DNA of 64,000 bases from the NCBI GenBank assembly GCA_030390025.1, contig CM059432.1:84756001-84820000 (forward strand), given 5' to 3'. Source of the DNA: Squalus acanthias. Lineage: Eukaryota. The position numbers were made by a program, and so were the translations under genes. Position 1 is the first letter of the stretch, and every line of letters begins with the position of its first letter. The notes beneath the pieces are model-generated. The model did no database searches and was not told the origin of the DNA. It worked only from the letters and a program-made list of their open reading frames with translations. Below, in pieces: positions 1 through 11,355 of the stretch.

Positions 1-250
1 TTACCATATGTCATGTCTCAAATTACTTGTATGCTGTATCCCAAAATATTATTTTCTGAAAGAAATTTATCTAATTTGCATTTTAATGAATCAATACTAT
101 CTGTTTCCACCATTTCCCTAAAGAGCCTGTTCCATAGATTGGCCACTCGTTCACTGAAATAGTTTCCACGGATTAGTTTTGAATTTACCCCTGTTCTGCT
201 GCAAGAATGTCCAATGAGTGCAAGTGTCCTCAAAAAAGGAGACAAATTTA
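1..250 (-). mobile_element. CR1 LINE 3' end fragment
   Basis: Translation RGNYFSERVANLWNRL...SLKCKLDKFL is the typical CR1 ORF2 C-terminus; decayed. Confidence 0.75.
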
Positions 251-429
251 ATTAATTTGATACACAATAAATGCATCAAGAGCAAATGAAACACCCAAGG
301 ATAATTGGATTGGAGTCCCAGGTAGATGAACACACTCTAATGTGACAATATGCGGCCTAAGCTGAGCATAAGCAGGACCGCTTGTTCTTGAGCAGAGGGC
401 ACCCTCCTCTAAGGTCAGTGTTTGAGCTA

Positions 430-1446
430 TGAACATACGAACATACAAACAATGACGGACAGGTAAAGAACATCTGTTCCATCACGCCTGTCCCACACAA
501 TTGTGATACCTTGAGTATCACAATATATACACTCAACTGCACCCGAAACCATGTGATCTCCTGGGAGAGGCAAAAAAAAACCCAGGCCAATTTGGGGAAA
601 AAAATCTGGGAAATTCCTCTCTGATCCATCTAGCCGATCGAAACTAGTCCAGGAGACCACTCTGGCCCTGAATTCTCTGCAGTGCAGTACCTACCTTCTG
701 TAAGAGGTGATCTCCGTCCCAGCTATAAACAAATGCAGCTCTCACTTGAAGGAATTCAACGAATCAGCATCCATTGCACGAGATGGCAGCCTGTTGCAGA
801 GGTCCACTATTCTCTGGGAAAAGAACCACCTCCTGACATCTAACCTAGATCTGGCCTTATACAGCTTAAATTTGTGACCCCTGGTCCTCCCTAATCTATT
901 TAATTGGAACAAACTGTCATTGGAACACAATCTATTCTCTTCATTATCTTATAAAACTCAATCAGATCCCCCCCCCTAAGTCTACGCTTCTCTAAAGTGT
1001 AGAGTCCCAACTCTTTTAGCCTATCTGGATAACTAAGGTGCTTTAGACTGGGGATTAGTCTATTGGCCTTCCTCTGTACCCTTTCCAAAGCCTCAATATC
1101 ACCCACCATGTGAGGAGACCAAAACTGGTCTCAGTACTCCAAGTGCGGCCTGACCAAACTAGTATGCCTCGTCTTGTAATCAATTGTCCCACGGATACAC
1201 CCCAACACCCTATTTGCTCTACCTATCGCTTCAGGGCATTTAAAGATGTATGCACTAGCATGCCCAAATCTCTTTCTATCTCCACCTTCTTTAATGCTTT
1301 TCCCTGAAAGGTGTATGAATGTTGAGCATTTGCCCTGCCCACATGCATAACTCTGCACTTATCCAAGTTATACAACATTTGCCAGTCATGAGCCCAATCT
1401 CCCAACACATTGCATTCCACTTGAAGCAGACCAGCATCGTCTACAG
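430..1446 (-). mobile_element. CR1 LINE 3' portion (decayed ORF2 RT C-terminus and 3' UTR), split by a hAT element; resumes at 3688-3722
   Basis: Fragments LVRPHLEY, LERVQRKANRLIP, RTRGHKFKL...FFSQRIVDL; colinear with the copy at 43645-45085, which reads through the hAT insertion point. Confidence 0.85.
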
Positions 1447-2060
1447 CAGCATTTCCCAATGGTCCGCGAGGGTACTGCAGGTGGTCCGTGAAAAAATGGT
1501 CCAAATCCCTAAAATAAACGTGTCTGTTGTCTCCACAGATGTTGAATGACCCGCCGTGTGGTTCCAGCCGTGTGGTGCTGTTTAAAGCTGGGTTTTGGGG
1601 ATGAGCTGATGAAAGTGAAAACCTGCTGTGGATGGAGGGCGGGTTGGTTTTCTGGAAGGAGCAAATCAACTGGGCCGAAAAATCAGCTCCAGACAAATTC
1701 ACCAAAATATTTCCCACCTCACTACCGCACAACGGCAAGTACTGCTCCACTCTATCATATAAACCCAACCAGTGCCCCCTCAATGCAGCAATCTTCACCA
1801 GTGTCCCCACCATTATACAACCTCAGGTTTGCATGTACGGAGTGTGCGTCTTTGACAGTGGGCTTTATACAACCGCAGCCGCCGGTACTCTTGAGTCACA
1901 CTAAGTAAATGTAGATGTCATAAATATAAGATCCTCAATAATAAATGCAGGAGAGAATTCAGGAAAAACTTGTTTATGCAAAGAGTGGTTGGAATGTGGA
2001 ACGCGATACCACAGGTACCAGATATCAGTGAGGGGAGCAAAGAAGTTTCAGCCGTGAGTT

Positions 2061-2134
2061 GGCTCCGTGGCTTAGTTGGTCAAAGCGCCTGTTTAGTATA
2101 CTAGGAGAGCCTGGGGTCGATTCGTAGCGGGGCA
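2061..2134 (+). pseudogene. tRNA-Thr(AGT)-derived pseudogene
   Basis: GGCTCCGTGGCTTAGTTGGTCAAAGCGCCTGTTTAGTATAC...GGGGTCGATTCGTAGCGGGGCA matches the vertebrate tRNA-Thr(AGT) layout with a damaged T arm; followed by a T-run terminator. Confidence 0.7.
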
Positions 2135-2372
2135 TTTTTTAAAGAACAAAATATTCTCTTATGATCTCACAGAGGGATCAGGCTGCAAGATAAACTTTTA
2201 TCAGCAAACCGAAGAAAGACAAATTAACAGAAAGATGTGTTGCTTCGCCCAGTGCAAAGGTGAAATGGATGTTATTGAAAATAATTTTCCCCTGACAGTT
2301 TGTGTAGATTTTTTGTAAAGTCTGGATTTTCAATGTCAGGAGAAACCGAAAAAGTAAGAAATAAACTGCTGA

Positions 2373-2445
2373 TGACCCGTACACAGATTAAACCCGTGCC
2401 CTTAGCGATATCAGCACCACGCTCTAAACAACTGTGATAACAGCT
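2373..2445 (-). pseudogene. tRNA-Ile-derived pseudogene
   Basis: Reverse complement CAGTTGTTTAGAGCGTGGTGCTGATATCGCTAAGG...GTACGGGTCA aligns by eye to vertebrate tRNA-Ile (CAGTTGGTTAGAGCGTGGTGCTAATAACGCCAAGG...GTACGGGCCA) with many substitutions. Confidence 0.6.
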
Positions 2446-4928
2446 GTCCGGATTGTTCGAGCCCCACGCTGGGCGGTTTATGTTTTACTTCTCACACTGG
2501 GTCACGGAGTTATTGTACAGATAATGAACACACCACATCCCTTAAACATGATTCCGATATAAAATAATCACTGTTCGATAAAAACCGAGTATGTAAATCG
2601 AAAGTAACAGAAAAAGAGCACTTAATTGTGAAAAGAATGATTGCACCAACATTGAAGGGGAATCTGCCGGCCTCCGCCATTCTAATCCTGTGACTGTGGG
2701 AGTTTGGTTCGGGCAGAGCTTTGCCTGTGACGACACGAACACCCCACCGCCGCCCCCCCCTCCCCCCCACTCCATCCATGTTAAATCTGAAAAGTGTCTG
2801 GCAAAAATTCGGAACAGGCAGGGAGGAAGTAACCCTTCGGAGAGGTTTGTGTTTCTGAATCCCTAACTCATCTTGTTCTTTTTGACATGTCCCCATTCAA
2901 TGTACAGACCCTCTCCTCAGTCTGCCCCTCGAGACCCGTCACCTCACATTTCTCTCCAGTTAATTTCAAAACATGTTTTACACACCCCTCCAGGATTGTA
3001 CTGGAGTCCCAAATACTGTGTCAATTGTAGCACTTTCTGAAATACTACCCGTGTCATGTGTTAGTCAAGAGAGACAGAGGGGAATTAGACAGACCAAGCG
3101 TCGCTGAGCCTTTGCTGTAGTGAAACAGGGGTTCGTTTCATGAAACAGTACTACAGCTTTCGGAATAGAGGGAGCTTATAGAGACATGATGGGTTCCACC
3201 GAAACAAAACGGTTTGAGGACAGATAGAATGTGGGGAGTGTTTAAACAAGATGTGAAGGTTGTTGCTGTAGTTATTCTATGGAGTTCCTTCAAGGAGGTG
3301 AATCTGAATGCAATGGATCAACGTGTACCCATGAAAAGCAAAGGTACTGAGCGTCATTACAGTCCAGCCTGGTTCAAAGGAACTAACAAACAATTCATCC
3401 AGAAGAGAAAAAGGGATTTAAGGCCATGACGGTAAATGGCACAGACTTCAGGCGGCTTCAAAACCATAAGGCAAGACAAGAGTGTAAAAACTGCAACAGA
3501 ATGGCAAAGAACAACTTCACATTTAACATGGCAAGTGAAGAGAAGGGTAAAAATAGTGCCAGAGGTAAGTTGTAACATTATTCACCAAATGTTTTAAACG
3601 GCTTGCTTACGTTGTGGTCCGCAAAAGCTTTTGATGACGATGTAGTGGTCCGCATAAAGGAAAAGGTTGGGAACCGCTGATCTACAGTCCTAACACTCAC
3701 ACAGATCTTGGTATCATCTGCTGTTAGAATACAATGAATAGCATTATATTCAAGTGCTCAAAATAAAAGGAAAAGCATAAATAAAGGTAAGTGTTTCTCT
3801 TGGAAAATACAGCTTATGCAACAATCTATTCCTTTTAAATATTTTAGGCTGTATGAAGCTGAATGTAGAATTTGTTTCCATGCATCACTAAAAATCTTTT
3901 GAAAGTATAACACGCACCTGTGTTTAAGATTTGTGTTCAAGAAACATTCCTTAGAGGACACAGATACATTGTAATATATGTACCACTAAGGAAGGCACTG
4001 AAGGTTTGCTTAGTATAAATATCACTGTGAATGTGTTTATTCAACTGAAATACATTTTCAGACTCACATCATTCATCAAGCCTTTGAAAGCATAGAATGC
4101 CTTAATCATTAGGATTTATGACAACCCAGGATTAGCCAAAAAAAAGTTAATGCTTTTTTGGAAACAGATATTTCTGTGATTTGATAGAAAATAAGTTTTG
4201 ATAAAAATTCAAAAAGCTCTGTAGATCGTGTGGTCAGAGAAAGGTATAGAAACAATTCCCGGGCTAAGGAATTTACTCATAATGCAGAATTAATTACCAG
4301 GATTAACATAATAAAAGCTGTGAGTTCAACAAAATTATGGGGATCTAGGAGGTAATGGGAACCATCCAAACTAACTGAGTGTCTTTGGTAGTGCTGTAAG
4401 ATGTAATCCTTGTCAATGAGGCTATAAGTTCAGATGACTTAGAAAAACAGACAGGGTGTTAGTGGCACAGCCTTCTGGGAATGTTTCTCAAGCACAGCTG
4501 TGTTAATAAAACATTTTCAAATACAACATAAGCAGCTTCTAAATTTTTATAATTCAGAATTCTTTCTGAATAATTTGTTAGATAAAAACACAAAAAGGAA
4601 GATCAAGTCAGATTTGTTTTTTAATGTAACCTTTAAGTAAGTGGCTTCCACAGAAGTGTGTTTGGAAAAATCCCAGTGCCTGCCAGTGTGACTGTTTTAG
4701 TCTCAGTTTTTTGTTGAAAATCTGAATGGCCGATTTTGCTTGCTTCAAATGTTAAACTTTATCATTTTCAAAAAAAATTGAAAATAATTGGTTTGGGGTT
4801 TCCGCTCGGTGGCACTGTTTCTCCCAAAATCAACCAACCAAGAGCGAAAGATTGCAGAACTTCAAGTGAAAATTACATCCAGCGTAAATCGAGCTTCCGT
4901 GATCTTTTGCACTAGTTAAAAAAATACC

Positions 4929-5880
4929 GGGCTAAAAATTGGATTACCCCGAAAACGGGCGCGGGGATCGCGATGCATGATCACCCGGCACCTGTTGAAA
5001 GGAATGCAGGCAGCACGCAACCTTTGTACTGCCTGCTAATCATAAAGATTGTAGCGTTCAGCAATCTCAAAGAGGGAGCCTCAAACAGGCGTTAAGCCCC
5101 TTATTTGCGTATGCAAAGTGATGATGCCTGTTTCAGGCATGGGCCTTTATCAATATAGCAGGTGGCACACTTCCAGCTCGTAATGGGCATGTGCATCCTG
5201 CCCACCCTATTGGAGGCTTAGGAGGCCCTAAAACCCGCTCAGGTGTGCGAAAACATGTACTAAGGACTTGCACAAGGGTGATGAATCTTTTTTTTTCAGT
5301 GCTGTCCGGATTTGTTTGATAAATATGTTTTTTGTTCTGGATTTGGTGTTGGTGTTTGTCTTTGTAGTGAAGTGAGGACAAGACCCATAAGTCTGGAGTG
5401 AAGAAAGGCAATTGGATGGTGGTTGCAAGAAGAATGGTAAGGATTGTGGGATTGTTGGTGAATGGGAGTTGTGGCTGAAGTAGGTGACATAGCTCAGTGA
5501 CAGCCTGATGAAACAAAGGCACCTCATACATTGCTCCTCAGTAAAGTTGATGTAGGAGAAGTGCTCCCTAAAAGCCCTCTGTGGATAAGGCCTCCTGTTC
5601 AGTCTCCTCCTCTTCCTCAGTCTCCTCCTCTTCCTCAGTCTCCTCCTCTTCCTCAGTCTCCTCCTCCTCCTCAGTCTCCTCCTCTTCCTCAGTCTCCACC
5701 TCCTCAGTCTCCTCCTCCTCCTCAGTCTCCTCCTCCTCCTCAGTCTCCTCCTCTTCCTCAGTCTCCTCCTCCTCCTCCTCAGTCTCCTCCTCCTCCTCCT
5801 CAGTCTTCTCCTCCTCCTCCCTCTTCTGGCAGCTTCTCCTGGTCTGAGGTGTCTTCCTTGCTGCTCCCCCTCATTCATCA
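4929..5880 (-). mobile_element. Internally deleted PIF/Harbinger element (terminus plus transposase N-terminal remnant)
   Basis: Starts GGGCTAAAAATTGGATT..CCGAAAACGGGC, the same terminus as at 53245 and 38963. Minus-strand RRPYPQRAFREHFSY matches the transposase N-terminus RRPYPPWVFREQFSY near 49210. Right boundary uncertain; related subterminal sequence continues to about 6850. Confidence 0.55.
5592..5822. repeat. Minisatellite, about 18-bp unit CCTCAGTCTCCTCCTC(C/T)T with 15- and 21-bp variants
   Basis: Directly visible tandem array of about 12 units. Confidence 0.9.
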
Positions 5881-5884
5881 ATAC

Positions 5885-6310
5885 TAAATCTAGGTTGACA
5901 CTTCAGTGCAGTGCTGAGGGAGTGCTGCACTGTCGGAGGTGCTGTCTTTCGGATGAGATGTTAAACCAAGGCCCCATCTGCCCTCTCAGGTGGATGTAAA
6001 AGATCCCATGGCACTATTTTGAAGAAGAGCAGGGGAGTTTTTCATGGTGTTCTGGCCAATATTTATCCTTCAACCAACATCTCAAAACAAATTGTCTGGA
6101 CATGATCACGTTACTGTTAGTGGGATCATGCTGTGCACAAATTGGCTGCTGTGTTTCCTACAGTACAACAGTGACTAAACTTCAAAAGTACTTCATTGGC
6201 TGTAAAGCGCTTTTGGGACGTCCATAGGTCATAAAAGGCACTATATAAATTCAAGTCAGTCAGTCAGTCAGTCTTTCTTTCTTTCTTTCTTTCTGACTTT
6301 CTTTCTGACT
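5885..6310 (+). mobile_element. DeuSINE (SacSINE1-like), 5'-truncated, with (TCAG)n(TTTC)n tail
   Basis: Deu core GTAAAAGATCCCATGGCAC...GGTGTTCTGGCCAATATTTA and L2-type tail AAAGGCACTATATAAAT; same family as 24492-24942. Confidence 0.8.
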
Positions 6311-6923
6311 TTCTGTCAGAGCTGCCCTGTTCCAGTTCATCCTTTGCCTCATCCAGCGCTTTCACAAACAACTATGGCCGGGAAATTCCCTACCGTAGTG
6401 CCAACTGTTAACGCCTTATTTCTTCAAAAAATGGCAGCAGCCTCGCTTCCACCCGCTTCCAGCGCGAGACATGGCAGCCGCCATTTTGGAGAGGTCGATA
6501 ACCCTGCCATTGCCATGCTCGCCTCTCCAATGCAAATGTGCAGATCGTGACGTCAATCGGCATGCAACACCTGATTTGAAGCACGACTGCGATTTTGGAC
6601 GTTGCCGCACGCCAAAACGCCCTCTCCTAACCATGCATGGAAGAACGTGCGTGCAGCAGTACTGCAGAGATGCTGTCAGCGCTTCTGAAAGGGACACACA
6701 CATCTTCTAGGTTAGTTTCGATTTCAGCTTATGGACCTTTTTTTATATTTTATTGAAGTAGTGGCTTGGTACAATACATTTAAAAAGTTGTTAAAGTGTG
6801 CAGGGAGTGCTGCTGGATGCTTGCAAGGCCTTGGATGGTAAAGGAAGGCCTCTGAGAAAAGAGAAAATACTGGAAATACTCAGCAGGTAAGGCAACATCT
6901 GTGGACAGAGAAACAGAGTTGTT

Positions 6924-8415
6924 GGGCCAGAAATTCGGGTCTCCATGGGTGAGTACGCGCTGTGTACTCACCCGTAGACCCAACGAAAATGCCGGTTTCA
7001 CGCATGCACTGCGCATGCGCTGGCAACCGGAACTTCCATTCCCTTGAAGGAATGGGTTCGGAGGTCAAACGTGTGCGCTGGAGAGGCAGCGCGTACGCAT
7101 CAGACTTCCATTTTTTTCAGGTTTCTGTGTGAGGGTAAGTCCCCAGCAGCTGCGCGGGGAAAAAGCAGGCGCAAAGCCTGCTTTTAACAAGGTAAGTGGT
7201 GAATTAACTAAAATTAAAACATTTTTTCCACAGGTTTATTATTTTTAAATACTTTAAAGAAAGGTAAGTTTATTTTTAGCCCCGTTAAAAACTGCAATTA
7301 ATTTTTTCAAAAATGTAAATTATTGTTTAAAATAGTTATTTTGTGTAATTTATAGTTATGTTAAAACTGTGATTTTTTTAAAAAATTTATTTGAAGTTTT
7401 AGTGAGGTTTTGGGGCCGATCTCTATTCATAGATTTGACAGGTCTTCCTGTCAAATCTATGAATGGAGATTCCCTGTTCCGATTGGCTCTCCATGGCCCA
7501 TGTGATCCCAGGGGACGCTTCGAACTAACTGCGCCCCTAGGATACGCAAGCACTGCACACCGGCAGCTGGAGCAGGCCCAGGATCGGAATCCCACGCGGG
7601 CCCACAGCACAACGGCAGGCGCGCTAGGTAAGTGCAGGTTGGGGGCTTGCACGGGCCAGAAATTCGGGTCTCCACGGGTGAGTACGCGCTGTGTACTCAC
7701 CCGTAGACCCAACGAAAGTGGCGGTTTCGCGCATGCACTGTGCATGCGCTGGAAACCGGAACTTCCGTTCCCCTGAAGGCAGGGGTTCAGAGGTCGAACG
7801 CGTGCGCCGGAGAGGCAGCGCGCATGCAGCGAACTTTGTTTTTTTTTCAGGTTTCTCCGTGAGGGTAAGTACGGAGAAGCTGCGCAGGAAAAAAGGAGGC
7901 GCAAGGCCTGCGTTTTAACAAGGTAAGTGGTGAATTAAGTACAATTTAAACATTTTTTCAACAGGTTTATCTTTTTTGCATACTTTAAAGAAAGGTAAGT
8001 TTATTTTTAGCACCGTTAAAAAGCGTAATTAACTTTTTCAAAAATTTAAATTTTTGTTTAAAGTAGTTAATTTATGTAATTTATAGTTATTTTAAATATG
8101 TGATTTTTTTTTTATTTATTTGAAGTTTTAGTGAGGTTTTGGGGCCGATCTCTATTCATAGATTTGACAGGTCTTCCTGTCAAAATCTATGAATGGAGAT
8201 TCCCTTCTCCGATTGGCTCTCCATGGCCCACGTGATCCCAGGGGACGCTTCGAACTAACTGCGCCCCTGGGATACGCAAGCAGTGTGCGCCAGCAGCTAC
8301 AGGAGGCCCAGGAGCCGAACTTCACGCGGGCCCGAAGCACAACGGCAGGCGCGGTAGGTAAGTACGTGCGCAATCCTTGCACCCGCGGGAAGCCGGAGAG
8401 CTGAATTTCTGGCCC
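6924..8415. mobile_element. Harbinger-type MITE present as a head-to-tail dimer (6924-7652 and 7653-8415)
   Basis: GGGCCAGAAATTC at 6924 and 7653, inverted copy GAATTTCTGGCCC ending 8415; the two units of about 730 bp are clearly homologous along their length. Confidence 0.7.
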
Positions 8416-9036
8416 AATGTCTTTTTTTTTTCAGCAGGTAGTCGAGCTCTAAGACCTAGAGACTGCCTATTTTTGAAAGTCTTTTTTTCATCAGGCAGTT
8501 CCCTTTTAAGGGCTCGAGACTGCTTTCTAAAATGACAGCCTTGCTTTAAGGAGCGCTGCTGGGATGCTACATTGGGCCTCCTGCTCAGCACACAGCTTGA
8601 AACAACAATTATGTCGCTTGGCTGTGTGCTGAAATCATTCAAATCAGCAGGCAGCACCAAAATAACAGTGCTGCCTGCGATTTTTTTATGGGCACGAGCA
8701 AATCTCGGCCTGTGGTGGCACCGGCTGTTTTCGGGCCTTATAGAATTTCTAGGCCCTTTTTTCTTCCTTTCAGGTGTCAAGGACCGCAAGCTTCAACAGC
8801 TCTTAGGTACCAACACACATCCTGATCCTGCTTCTGCTTCTTTCCTCTGACCCCATCCCTCCTTCCAATACCACCTAGTGTCAGCCGTGGCTCAGTGGGT
8901 AGCACCCTCTAGGTGGGAGGGGCTAGGAGTGAGCAGGTGCTTGATTACTGCAGGGAGTTGGAGTGGGTTTGTAAAAAGTTGGAGATAGGTTTTTTTTCAG
9001 GTTTTAGGGCCTTTTTAGTCCTTAAACAGCAGCCAG

Positions 9037-10310
9037 ATGGAGTGCCGTGCCCAGGATGAATTTAATCAGGGGAGAAAATGTTGGGGGAAGGGAGAAAAAA
9101 GGCCCAAAGATTTGGGCCGGGACCCCAAGAGGTTTGGAAAAGAAAACACAGTGGTGGTTCAGTGCGAGGATAAGGAGATACAAGCTTGGGATATTATCCA
9201 GGCGGTACATGAGGACTGCGGTGTGGGAAGCTGCTTTGCCTGCTGACTAAAGCCGAATGTTGGGTTCGAGGTGTTGGTCTGGCCAAGAGGAGGTGGAAAG
9301 ATCTTACTGAGTTTTAAGGTTGGAGATAAGTTCTTGGAGGTATCTCTGCTATATTCTGAAGAGGTGGTGGTCTCATTCTTAAACCTGCCGGTTTATATTG
9401 AAGATGATGTGCTAATAGAAAAGTCGGAGACATGGGACATTAAAATTTGCTTGGCAATAAAGAGGAGATACTGTCCAGGAACGCGGGTAGCAGATGGAAC
9501 CCGTTATGTAAAGGTGCAGTTCTCAGAGGGGGTGAAGTTATTGCCGTATAGCATGAAATTCAAGACAATGGAAGGAGTGCAGTACTTCTGGGTACTGCAT
9601 GATAACCAGGTTGAAGGTTTGTTATTATTGTCTTGGACACGACCATCTTGTAAGAAGCTGTCCAGACTTGTACTGTTATAACTGCGGCAAGTCTGGACAC
9701 ATCGCTCGGAGCTGCAAGGCGGAGAGCTGTGGGGTGTGTCTCAAAGGCCCCACCCGCTGTGAGTGTGAGACAGAAGGAAGTCCCTTGAGTGACGAGGAGA
9801 TGGGAGAAGGAGCAGGAGGTGTGAGTGGAGCGGACGGATGAGCAGTGCAGGCGGAGGACACAGCTGGTGAATGGAGGAGAAAAGAGCGCAGGAAAAGTCA
9901 GAAAATTGCAGCGCAGAGAACATGATGGAGATGGCAGAAAACACACCAAGTCCGTTGGAAAAGGACAAAGATAGCAGAGGGCAGCACGGGTCGAGGGCAG
10001 AGTCGAGTCATACTGCGGCTCGGCTCTCCCTAAAGAATCTGGTGTTCACGGGGTGAGAGGGGGCGGGAGTGGGGTGCGGGATAAGGGTAAGTACTCCAAA
10101 GAAAGACATCTCGGGGAGCAGGAGGGGGAAAGACAAGGAGAGGGTGCAAGAGGCAGGAGCCTTAAAGGGGCAGAAGGAGGGGAGTGGGGAAACAAAGACA
10201 CCAGAAGGGAGCAAGATAGGTGCAGGTGCGCCATTGTCCCAGAGAGAGAAGAAACGGGGAGCAAGGCATCAGCGGTGGCGAAGGGAGTGGCACTGTTGGA
10301 GAAACCATGA
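9037..10310 (+). pseudogene. Tx1-type ORF1 (zinc-knuckle RNA-binding protein), frameshifted
   Basis: VVVSFLNLPVYIEDD...RVADGTRYVKVQF...PYSMKF...HDNQ, then CYYCLGHDHLVRSC, CYNCGKSGHIARSC and CGVC..CEC, then a charged low-complexity tail; split over several frames. Confidence 0.75.
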
Positions 10311-10339
10311 TAACAGGAAGACTCTCTAAGGGAGATTAT

Positions 10340-11183
10340 GGCCGCGATCTTACCTGGGAGCGGGTCAACTGACTTGCGGGTTCCGATCCTGCCCCAACGA
10401 CATCCGACGCACAGGCGCTATTTTGTGTCAATTGGCCTTGTTAAGCCCGCCCTGCGGGCTTGCCAGCCAATTAAGAGAAAGCCAGTGTCAGATGATGTCA
10501 GTTGATGATGCGTCATCTGCCAGTTTTCTTAAAGGGGACAAGCTAAATTTTGCTTGACAGCTGATTTTTCAGTGTTTGACAGCATTGAGGTCCTGCAAAC
10601 ACTGCCAATCACTGTACAAAGGTGAGCCCTTGCATCCAGGCTCTCCAGAGACTCTCTCCTTAGGATAAAACAGATGGCAGCTGCAGGTGAGGTTACAGAA
10701 GCAATCTGTCACTGGTGAGAGAGGTTCTCCCAATGAGCTGGGACTACGCAAACACTTCAAACCTTATTGCCTACCGAAATTTTTTCCCCAGCATTTCCTT
10801 ACCTCTGAAACTCACCAGTGTACCATTGGATCCTTCACACCACTTCTGCAGCTGTCATCAATGAAGAAACATTACAGTAGACTCACAACACGCCACAATT
10901 ACCTGGCGTGCTGTCCGGACGTCGGGAAGCCCGCAGTCGATCTGGCAAAATTGGAAAAAGCCTCTTAACTGCCTGTTAACTACCTGTTAACAAGCAGTTA
11001 AGTGGCTATAATCCTCTTCCCACCACTAGGAGTCGGGTCCCTGCGCAAATCGGGGACCCGACTCCTGGGAAGATTGATTGGAGGCGGGTTGGAAGCGGGT
11101 TCGGGACCCGCTGACAATCTTTTTGACTTTGCCAGCAGTCCCGCCTCCAAACCCGACCCCTGAGCGCCGGCAAAATCGCCCCC
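10340..11183. mobile_element. Harbinger-type MITE nested in the Tx1-like element
   Basis: Imperfect TIRs GGCCGCGATCTTACC / GGCAAAATCGCCCCC; purine-rich Tx1 sequence resumes on both sides; TSD imperfect. Confidence 0.5.
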
Positions 11184-11355
11184 TTTGTATCTGACGGGGA
11201 GCAGGGACGGGAGGTTACAGAAGAGCTCGAGAGTGAAGAGTCAGAGGGGGACAGAGACATGGAAGTGCGGGGTGGGATGGCATCATGGGAAAGGTTAGTG
11301 AGGGGCAGAAGGAGGGAGAAGGGGCAGCTCCTCAGCCCAAACCTGATGGAAGGAA

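Larger units (their letters stand above)
1447..3679. mobile_element. Non-autonomous hAT-type DNA transposon with captured cargo
   Basis: Imperfect TIRs CAGCATTTCCCAA / TTGGGAACCGCTG; 8-bp TSD GTCTACAG (1439-1446) vs ATCTACAG (3680-3687); CR1 sequence continues on both sides. Confidence 0.75.

Noticed and set aside
2061..2134. Functional tRNA-Thr gene
   Set aside because: Anticodon stem and T arm carry disruptive changes (GGGGTCGATTCGTAG), so it is called a pseudogene.
5228..5887. Poly-Arg (217 aa), poly-Pro and poly-Ser ORFs resembling protamine or extensin
   Set aside because: All are readings of one stop-free minisatellite inside a transposon remnant.
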